Source of the DNA: an uncultured bacterium
GTDB taxonomy: Bacteria > Cyanobacteriota > Cyanobacteriia > Cyanobacteriales > Chamaesiphonaceae
Length of the DNA stretch: 64,000 bases
Reading direction: 5' to 3'
NCBI GenBank assembly: GCA_964247085.1
Contig: CAXTSX010000013.1
Span: 5,889 to 69,888 of the forward strand
Below are positions 56,856-64,000 of this stretch, in pieces. Every line of letters begins with the position of its first letter. The first letter of the stretch is position 1. Below the pieces are notes generated by a model that was not told the DNA's origin, ran no database searches, and saw only the letters and a program-made list of their open reading frames with translations. A program made the translations under genes and the position numbers.

Positions 56856-58607
56856 ATGAATGCCATTCAGTATTTAAAAACCCAGCTTAGTGCGGCGCTG
56901 ACCAGTGCTTGGGGTGCAGAGTATGCGGCTACCGATCCGCTGTTGGTGCCCGCTAGCAATCCGCAGTTTGGGGATTATCAAGCTAATGTGGCGATGGGTT
57001 TGGCGAAGCAATTAGGTAAAGCACCACGGGTGATTGCGCAAGCGATCGTCGATCGATTAGATGTCTCGGCCATTTGTGAAATTCCCACGATTGCTGGACC
57101 AGGTTTTATTAATTTTCAGCTCACCTCTGCATATTTAGCCGAGCAAATTCAAGAACTGCACGCCGATTCTCGCCTGGGCATCCCGGTGGCTAGTCCACCG
57201 CAAAAAATAGTCGTAGATTTTTCTAGCCCCAACATTGCCAAGGAAATGCATGTCGGCCACTTGCGATCGACCATTATTGGCGACTGTATTGCCCGGATTT
57301 TGGAATTTCGCGGTCATGAAGTACTACGTTTAAATCATGTCGGCGACTGGGGAACCCAATTTGGGATGTTGATCTGTTACTTGCGAGAGGTCTATCCCAG
57401 CGCCTTAGATACCGCCGATGCCTTAGATATTGGCGATTTGGTGACTTTTTATAAGCAGGCCAAACAGCGTTTTGATGAAGATCTGGAATTTCAAAAAGCA
57501 GCCCGTCAAGCGGTTGTCCGGCTCCAAGCCGGTGATGAATCCACCAAGAAAGCTTGGGAATTATTGTGTAATCAGTCTCGCCGGGAGTTTCAAGTAATTT
57601 ACGATCGGCTCAATGTGCAGCTCACTGAACGGGGCGAGTCTTTCTATAATCCTTTCTTAGCCGAGACAATTGCTGAACTAGAACAGCTCGGGCTAGTGGC
57701 AGTGAGTGATGGTGCCAAATGTGTCTTCACTGCTGGATTTACTAATCGGGAAGGTGAGCCACTGCCGTTAATTGTCCAAAAGTCCGATGGCGGCTACAAT
57801 TATGCCACTACCGATCTGGCGGCGATTCGGTATCGGTTACGGGTGGATCAGGCCGATCGGATTATTTATTTTACGGATAGTGGCCAGGCCAATCACTTTG
57901 GCCAGTTTTTCCAAGTAGCCCGCACCGCTGGTTGGATCAACGACAGTATCGATATTATTCATGCTCCCTTTGGCTTAGTACAAGGGGAAGATGGCAAAAG
58001 ACTAAAAACCCGGTCTGGGGAAAATATTAAATTAAAAGAATTGCTGGATGAGGCTGTAGACAGGTCGCGCCGCGATTTGCAAGAACGGTTGACCAAGGAT
58101 GAACGCACCGAGACCGACACCTATATTGAGCATTCTGCCCAAGTAGTGGGGCTGAGTGCTGTCAAGTATGCTGATCTCAGCCAAAATCGGCTAAGTAACT
58201 ACATTTTCAGCTTTGACAAGATGTTGGCTTTGCAAGGAAATACGGCTCCTTACATGCTCTACGTCTATGCCCGCGTCCGCAGTATTGGTCGCAAGGGCGA
58301 AATTGATTGGGCACAGTTGGGCACTCCGCCTGTTTTGTTCACCGCAGATCAGGAAAAAACCTTAGCCAAGCATTTGTTACAACTGAGTACGGTGCTACTC
58401 GAAGTAGAACAAGATCTCTTCCCTAGCCGTTTATGCCAGTATTTATTTGAATTAAGCCAGAAATACAATCAGTTTTATGACAAATGTTCGGTCTTGCAAG
58501 CTGAGAACGAAGTGCGTGTTTCTAGACTGGTGTTGTGCGACTTAACCGCTCGAATTCTTAAGCTCGGGTTGAATTTATTGGGAATTGAAGTACTTGATCG
58601 CATGTAG
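56856..58607 (+). CDS. argS: Arginine--tRNA ligase
   Basis: 583 aa. HIGH-type motif [19 protein letters not shown] and the typical C-terminal ...LGIEVLDRM. Confidence 0.95.
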   Translation: MNAIQYLKTQLSAALTSAWGAEYAATDPLLVPASNPQFGDYQANVAMGLAKQLGKAPRVIAQAIVDRLDVSAICEIPTIAGPGFINFQLTSAYLAEQIQELHADSRLGIPVASPPQKIVVDFSSPNIAKEMHVGHLRSTIIGDCIARILEFRGHEVLRLNHVGDWGTQFGMLICYLREVYPSALDTADALDIGDLVTFYKQAKQRFDEDLEFQKAARQAVVRLQAGDESTKKAWELLCNQSRREFQVIYDRLNVQLTERGESFYNPFLAETIAELEQLGLVAVSDGAKCVFTAGFTNREGEPLPLIVQKSDGGYNYATTDLAAIRYRLRVDQADRIIYFTDSGQANHFGQFFQVARTAGWINDSIDIIHAPFGLVQGEDGKRLKTRSGENIKLKELLDEAVDRSRRDLQERLTKDERTETDTYIEHSAQVVGLSAVKYADLSQNRLSNYIFSFDKMLALQGNTAPYMLYVYARVRSIGRKGEIDWAQLGTPPVLFTADQEKTLAKHLLQLSTVLLEVEQDLFPSRLCQYLFELSQKYNQFYDKCSVLQAENEVRVSRLVLCDLTARILKLGLNLLGIEVLDRM

Positions 58608-58609
58608 TT

Positions 58610-58625
58610 AGTGATCTAGATCACT
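58610..58625. terminator. Perfect 16-nt palindrome just after the argS stop
   Basis: AGTGATCTAGATCACT. No T-run, so function is uncertain. Confidence 0.3.
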
Positions 58626-58668
58626 GACTAAAATCATAGTGTCTGGTACTCGGAATGGCTAAATTCCC

Positions 58669-59376
58669 TCAGCAATAGTCAGAGAGTGACTCGGCCGAAA
58701 CAGCCACAGTCCAATGTCGATCGGAAGATTGATAAACTTTGGCTCTGGATAATTCAGCTAAATCTACTAATTCCTGCACCTCAGACAAGGTTAGAGCGGC
58801 GTGTAACGAATCTCGAAACAGCTGGGTTTGCCGCTGATCATAACTGCCCGCCGCTCTAATGATGCGATCGATCTCCGCCAAACTAGGCGGACGGATTAAA
58901 TCCCGAATCAACACTGCTCCTTGTGGATGTACCAGCCTGGTAATTTCTCGGAACAAATCGATCGGTTCGGGAATATGGTGAGCCAGGCTATTAGATATCA
59001 CCAAATCAAAAGACTGCTGTGGGTAAGGCAAACTTTTGCCGTCGGCTAATGCCAGTTCAATCCGGGGCGCTAATCCAGCAGCTAGGATATTTTGCTGACC
59101 AATGGTTAACATCGACTCGGCCAAGTCTACTGCGATCACTTGATAGTGCGATCGCTCTTGGCAGAGAATGATTGGAATTTTGGCTGTCCCCGTGCCAATA
59201 TCTAACACCTGGGAGACTTGGGAGTTAAGTGGGAGCAAGGAGATCGCCGTCAGCGCAAAGTCTCGATCGATTGCCGCGAAATCCATCTGATCGTAGGCCA
59301 CCGACTCCGACCAATCATCCATTACTTCTGGTTCTAAAACCCGTTGCAGTAATTGTCCAGACGGAAAATTAAGCAT
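58669..59376 (-). CDS. Class I SAM-dependent methyltransferase
   Basis: Motif I VLDIGTGTAKIP, a post-I acidic residue (AVDLAE), and a later DLVISN motif. Confidence 0.8.
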   Translation of the reverse strand: MLNFPSGQLLQRVLEPEVMDDWSESVAYDQMDFAAIDRDFALTAISLLPLNSQVSQVLDIGTGTAKIPIILCQERSHYQVIAVDLAESMLTIGQQNILAAGLAPRIELALADGKSLPYPQQSFDLVISNSLAHHIPEPIDLFREITRLVHPQGAVLIRDLIRPPSLAEIDRIIRAAGSYDQRQTQLFRDSLHAALTLSEVQELVDLAELSRAKVYQSSDRHWTVAVSAESLSDYC

Positions 59377-59696
59377 AAAGTCACATTGAATCGGTTGCTT
59401 GGTTTACGGTCATATCATTGCATTACAATTCGAGTATGCTAGATTGCACGTTGTAAGTAACTTAGTTCGATCGCCAAGTCAAAATCTTCCGAGTCTAAAA
59501 CCAAGCTAGTAGACAAAAAATAATACCTACAGAACTTAAAACGACCAATATTTAACAACACATCGGATTCAATCAACATATCTGGGAATACTAAAATAGT
59601 ATTCTGTGACATATCCTATCTAACTTTGATATTACAGATCAAGCTTACTATCACAATGGCTTCCAGAATCAACACCAATTTATCGATTTAAAATAT

Positions 59697-60851
59697 ATGC
59701 AGCTAGCTGTTGATAATCAAAAACCAAACATCAGAGTATTAATGCTAGGTGCCAGCTTAGATGTTAAAGGTGGCATAACATCTGTTGAAAAGCTTATTAT
59801 CAACAACACTCCGCCAGAACTACAAGTTAGCCATGTAGCAACTTTTGATCAAGGGTCAGCTATCCACAATATAATTGTTTTTATCAAGGCTATCCAAAGT
59901 TTGCTAGTCGCAATAATAACCAAAAAAGTAGATATAATACATATCCACTTTTCGGAAAGAGGCAGTACCTTAAGAAAGTCAATCCTACTATTTATCAGCT
60001 TGATTTTTCGTCAACGTATTCTGGTTCATTCTCATGGTGCTACCTACGAAGCATTTTATGATGGACTTCCTCCATGGATACAAAAAATTCTAGTTAGTTT
60101 ATTTAGTAGATGTACTAAATTCATTGCCTTGTCTAAAAGTTGGGAAAATTATTATGCTCAGACATTTTGCTTAGATGAAAACCAAATCACAGTTTTGTAT
60201 AATCCAGTCGCCATGCCTGCGACTGTCCCCGATCGACTGGGCAAAAAAAACTTAAAGTTTGTTTTCTTGGGTCGAATTGGTAGTCGGGGTGGCGCACTAG
60301 ATTTAGCCCAATCGGTAGTATCTTTTCCCAAGCAAGAGAAAGGCTCTTTTGAGCTAATTAAAGCCTTTGCCAAATTGCCAGAATCTGACAAGGAAAATGT
60401 AGAATTAGTGTTGGCTGGTAATGGTGATTTAGAAACTGCCAACCAACTAATTGCCGATCTAAGAATGCAAGATAAAATCACGATCCTTGCTTGGATTAAT
60501 CCTGATCAGCGCGATGAGTTATTAGCTGGAGCAGATGCGTTTATCTTGCCCTCTTATAATGAAGGCTTACCGATGTCTATGTTGGAATCAATGGCTTGGG
60601 GCTTACCAGTCATCGTGACACCAGTTGGTGGTATTCCTGAAGTGATTACTCACCAGGAAAATGGACTCTTGATCGAACCAGGTAATAAAAATCAGCTGAT
60701 GCAAGCAATGCAGGATCTCATCCAAGATGAAGATTTAAGAATATCGTTGGGAACAGCGGGTCGTCGCAGTGTTGAACCCCTAGATATTAAAAATTATATA
60801 AATTCGCTAGTCGGTATCTATAGCGAAATGATGCAGTCTACAAAAATATAA
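59697..60851 (+). CDS. Glycosyltransferase family 4 (GT-B, GT1-type C-terminal domain)
   Basis: C-terminal PSYNEGLPMSMLESMAWGLPVIVTPVGGIPEVI..ENGLL motif. Confidence 0.85.
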   Translation: MQLAVDNQKPNIRVLMLGASLDVKGGITSVEKLIINNTPPELQVSHVATFDQGSAIHNIIVFIKAIQSLLVAIITKKVDIIHIHFSERGSTLRKSILLFISLIFRQRILVHSHGATYEAFYDGLPPWIQKILVSLFSRCTKFIALSKSWENYYAQTFCLDENQITVLYNPVAMPATVPDRLGKKNLKFVFLGRIGSRGGALDLAQSVVSFPKQEKGSFELIKAFAKLPESDKENVELVLAGNGDLETANQLIADLRMQDKITILAWINPDQRDELLAGADAFILPSYNEGLPMSMLESMAWGLPVIVTPVGGIPEVITHQENGLLIEPGNKNQLMQAMQDLIQDEDLRISLGTAGRRSVEPLDIKNYINSLVGIYSEMMQSTKI

Positions 60852-60892
60852 TTTTTTGATTCACAAAATATTGTAATTTCAAATCCAATCCA

Positions 60893-61708
60893 ATGAATTT
60901 AGAATTAGAAGCTGAGGAAATACCTATTTTAGTACATCGCAACATAGTAGGGATGCGCGTAGATATTACTAACTATGAAGATGCTACTAGAAGGATAGTT
61001 GCTTGGGCACAAAAACACGAAAGTAAAAGTGTTTTTGCGTCCAATGTACATATGACAATGGAAACCTATGATGACCCAAAATTTGCCCAGATAGTTAATA
61101 ATGCCGATTTGGTAACTCCAGATGGAATGCCTTTGGTATGGGCTTTACAGTCTCTGGGGAGTAAAAATGCTTCTAGAGTGTATGGTCCAACACTTACTTT
61201 GGATGTTTGCCAAGCAGCGGCCAAGACGGGCATTAAAATTGCACTTTATGGTGGTACCAATGAAAGCTTAGGGGCTTTTACAGATTTTTTGCAAGACCGA
61301 TTTCCCAGTATCAATATTGTTTGTCAAATATCACCGCCATTCCGTTCGCTAACAATGGATGAAGATACTAGTTATACCAAAACAATAATTGATTCAGGAG
61401 CCCAAATTTTATTTGTAGGTATTGGTTGTCCTCGCCAAGAAAATTGGATTGCTAAACACCAAGGAAAAATTCCAGCCGTGATGTTGGGAGTGGGGGCAGC
61501 TTTTGATTTTCATTCTGGGCGGGTAAAACAGGCTCCTCAGTGGATGCAAAAAACAGGCTTAGAATGGCTTTTTAGGTTAATCATGGAGCCAAGAAGGCTA
61601 TGGAAACGCTATTTCAAACACAATCCGCGCTTTTTATTTTTATTTTTTATTCAGCTATGTCGATCTAAAGCTCGGCAAAATTCTAATCAGCCGATCGATA
61701 CTCACTAA
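60893..61708 (+). CDS. WecB/TagA/CpsF family glycosyltransferase (GT26)
   Basis: LVTPDGMPLVWA, LFVGIGCPRQENW, GVGAAFDFHSGRVKQAP..GLEWLFRL. Confidence 0.85.
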   Translation: MNLELEAEEIPILVHRNIVGMRVDITNYEDATRRIVAWAQKHESKSVFASNVHMTMETYDDPKFAQIVNNADLVTPDGMPLVWALQSLGSKNASRVYGPTLTLDVCQAAAKTGIKIALYGGTNESLGAFTDFLQDRFPSINIVCQISPPFRSLTMDEDTSYTKTIIDSGAQILFVGIGCPRQENWIAKHQGKIPAVMLGVGAAFDFHSGRVKQAPQWMQKTGLEWLFRLIMEPRRLWKRYFKHNPRFLFLFFIQLCRSKARQNSNQPIDTH

Positions 61709-61778
61709 CATATGGCCGATAGTTGAATGAAGGTTAATATCAGATAATTTCGATCATAATCAATCAGGCTTTTGATTC

Positions 61779-63215
61779 ATGTCCCAAAAACGTCAATTAG
61801 TAAGTAATTCCGTATCAATGTTAGTAAATAAGTTAGTACAGGGTGGTACTAGCTTTGTTCTGACAGCAGCTATTGCTCGTAGTTTAGGAGCGGAAGCCTT
61901 AGGACAATATTTATTAGCACTTAGTTACTTCTACATTTTCGTTAATATTGTTTCTCAGGGTTTGAAAACTCTGTTTACCAGAGATGTATCGATTCAGCCA
62001 GAGAAAACCGCAGCATATTTAGTCAGTGGTACTTTACTCCAGTTTTTTCTAAGCATTATTGGTTACGCCAGTATGGTGCTAGTAATTTATTTATTACCAT
62101 ATAGTAATGAAGCTTCGGCTGTTTGCTATATTTTAGGACTTACGATCATTCCCTTTGCACTTTCTAATATTACGGAGTCAATTCTTCAAGCACAGGAGGA
62201 AATGCATCTGATCGCCATTTCGACCGCGCCAATCTATATCTTGCGTGTATTGGTAATGATTGGGGTGATGAGTCAGAAATTTGGGATTGCCTATGTTGCT
62301 GGTATCTTCGTAATTTCCGAATTATTGATATTTATTATTCAATGGCTATTATTGATTCGCAAAGTCCAACCAAAGTGGCAAATCAGTCTAGATTTTATGC
62401 GATCGATGCTCCTATCTGCAAGAACTTTATTTGCGATCGAAGGCATGGGCATCATTGCTTCTAAAATAGATGTGCTATCTTTATCTCTCTTAGGCAGCGA
62501 ATTTCTCCTTGGTCTCTATGGTGCCGTTGGCCAACTGATGCAACCATTCGGTTTGATATCTAAGAGTTTGACTTTAGCCGCTTTCCCCAGAATGTCGAAG
62601 GCCATTCAGTTTGGTAAAGAGCAACAGCGACAGGAAGCAGAGAACACAATTAAATTGTTATTGTGTATGGGATTGCCATTCTTCTTGGGGATTGTGGTTT
62701 TCAGTGATGAAATCTTGACTTTTGTCTATCATGATGCCAGCTTTCTCCAGGCGAATACGATTATTAAAGTATTCGCCTTTCTACTGATTCCTACAGTCTT
62801 TTCCTCAGTATTCAGCTATGTTTTGATTGCCAATGGCTTAGAAAAGTTCACTCTAATAGAAGTATCGATCGCCACCATTCTGGGAGCATTGAGTAGTATT
62901 ATATTAATACCTCAATATCACTTAATGGGCGCAGCTTTATCATCATTGGTCATGTCGATGTCTTCTCTGATCATCCTGATATTTGCAATGCACAAGTATT
63001 TATTTTCGATCCGATTGTGGCAAGTTATTAATCTGCCATTATTTATTAGCAGTTTGATGTTAATCATACTTTTGTTCTTAAAAGAAGCCAAGATCGACTT
63101 TTTATATGTCATGATTTTGTCTATTATATCTTACATGCTAATAGCTGTTTCATTAGCAGTCCGCGAGTTTGGTGGACTTAAGCATGTATGGCAAAAGTTG
63201 GGGAGTAAAGAGTAG
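61779..63215 (+). CDS. Wzx-like oligosaccharide flippase (MOP superfamily)
   Basis: 478 aa with about 12-14 hydrophobic segments and an N-terminal ...NSVSMLVNKLVQGGTSFVLTAAIARSLG pattern. Its context is between GT genes. Confidence 0.8.
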   Translation: MSQKRQLVSNSVSMLVNKLVQGGTSFVLTAAIARSLGAEALGQYLLALSYFYIFVNIVSQGLKTLFTRDVSIQPEKTAAYLVSGTLLQFFLSIIGYASMVLVIYLLPYSNEASAVCYILGLTIIPFALSNITESILQAQEEMHLIAISTAPIYILRVLVMIGVMSQKFGIAYVAGIFVISELLIFIIQWLLLIRKVQPKWQISLDFMRSMLLSARTLFAIEGMGIIASKIDVLSLSLLGSEFLLGLYGAVGQLMQPFGLISKSLTLAAFPRMSKAIQFGKEQQRQEAENTIKLLLCMGLPFFLGIVVFSDEILTFVYHDASFLQANTIIKVFAFLLIPTVFSSVFSYVLIANGLEKFTLIEVSIATILGALSSIILIPQYHLMGAALSSLVMSMSSLIILIFAMHKYLFSIRLWQVINLPLFISSLMLIILLFLKEAKIDFLYVMILSIISYMLIAVSLAVREFGGLKHVWQKLGSKE

Positions 63216-63295
63216 ATTAATCACTAGACAAACTATTCACAATTGACAATTACTATTTCACAAAGACCCTCACTAAATTCTCCTAAATATTAAGA

Positions 63296-64000
63296 ATGAA
63301 ACTGAAAGTTGTATTACTACATTTTTGTTTTGAAGATTACACAATTGAACTAGCTAATGGCCTAGCTCAATATGTAGATTTGACTCTTATTCAACCAGAA
63401 AAAGTCACAGCGGTTTGTCGTGATTATCTTGATCCCAATATTCGGGTGATTAGTTTTGCCAAACCTAGAATCCGCGATCCCCGAAATCTGTTGGCCATGT
63501 TCAAGATGATGCGAATCATTAAAGATCTGCAACCAGATGTTTTACATGTTCAAGAAACTAACGATTTTTGGTATGATTTAACCCTGTTTTTTAACAAAAT
63601 GCCACCCTTGGTGACTACTGTTCATGATGTATATAAGCATCCTGGCGATCGAGATATTCGGTTGGGGGCAGAGTATACCCGGCGATTGGCTTTCTATCGA
63701 TCGCAACAACTAATTGTTCATGCTCAAGGGCTAAAAGAATTACTGGTAGAAGACTTCCAAGTACCAGCCTCACGAATTAACATTTTGGCTCATGGTGAAT
63801 TAGGTAGTTTATTTCAGCGTCGAACTGGCGGAAAAATATTAGAACGCGAACCCTACACATTATTATTTTTCGGCAGAATTTGGCCGTACAAAGGGTTAAA
63901 TTATTTATTGGAAGCGATGCCTTTAATTGCGGAAAAAATTCCGCAAGTGAAGCTAATTATTGCTGGGCGCGGCGAAAGTCTCCAACAATATCTAGCTAAT
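63296..64000 (+). CDS. Glycosyltransferase family 4, N-terminal part (3' end lies outside the window)
   Basis: ATG at 63296, open to the window end (235 codons; not in the supplied ORF track because no stop is reached). MKLKVVLLHFCFEDY..DVLHVQE..VTTVHD..LLFFGRIWPYKGLNYLLEAM is the typical GT4 layout. Confidence 0.8.
   Translation, partial: MKLKVVLLHFCFEDYTIELANGLAQYVDLTLIQPEKVTAVCRDYLDPNIRVISFAKPRIRDPRNLLAMFKMMRIIKDLQPDVLHVQETNDFWYDLTLFFNKMPPLVTTVHDVYKHPGDRDIRLGAEYTRRLAFYRSQQLIVHAQGLKELLVEDFQVPASRINILAHGELGSLFQRRTGGKILEREPYTLLFFGRIWPYKGLNYLLEAMPLIAEKIPQVKLIIAGRGESLQQYLAN

Noticed and set aside
56579-56890. 103-aa ORF in the pilM-argS intergenic region
   Set aside because: It has a GTG start, no ribosome-binding site and low-complexity composition. 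It also overlaps the argS start out of frame. This is most likely non-coding divergent promoter DNA.

Overview
This is a cyanobacterial chromosomal segment. The assignment rests on gene content (thf1/psb29, pilMNOQ, a PatA-type chemosensory operon, a Synechocystis-type arsC) and on the very high density of the HIP1-type palindrome GCGATCGC and its CGATCG core. I count about 60 protein genes and one tRNA (His). I saw no rRNA, CRISPR array, transposase or integrase. Gene order from left to right: argC (partial), class V aminotransferase, D27-like isomerase, rpsN, thf1, argG, tRNA-His, urtA-like binding protein, a five-gene Tax/Pil-Chp-type chemosensory operon, DUF4336 and DUF4157 genes, trmL, M23 peptidase, uvrA, HAD hydrolase, arsR-aquaporin-arsC, and exbB-exbD with a TonB-like anchor protein. 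Next is a phosphate-scavenging block: pstSCAB, an SNase-like nuclease, an RTX-tailed alkaline phosphatase and a decayed phytase-like gene. Then come alr and a ~4 kb AT-rich accessory island holding higBA, a frameshifted DUF433, a membrane-anchored DUF4041/T5orf172 protein with 84-bp in-frame tandem repeats, a MITE-like nested inverted repeat and a DUF433-DUF5615 pair. The window ends with serA, prmA, Uma2, a monomeric-type icd, prlF-yhaV, pilMNOQ, argS, a methyltransferase and the start of a polysaccharide (GT/flippase) locus. All family assignments come from motif recognition by eye; no database search or numerical computation was run. The best candidate for something new is the TA-flanked island at 40.6-44.7 kb, which may be a single-gene membrane-tethered GIY-YIG-like defence module. 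Secondary candidates are the interleaved long-range inverted repeats in the urtA-like leader, the arsR-aquaporin-arsC operon, the ExbBD-associated TonB-like protein with a non-TonB duplicated C-terminus, and the atypical chemosensory operon.
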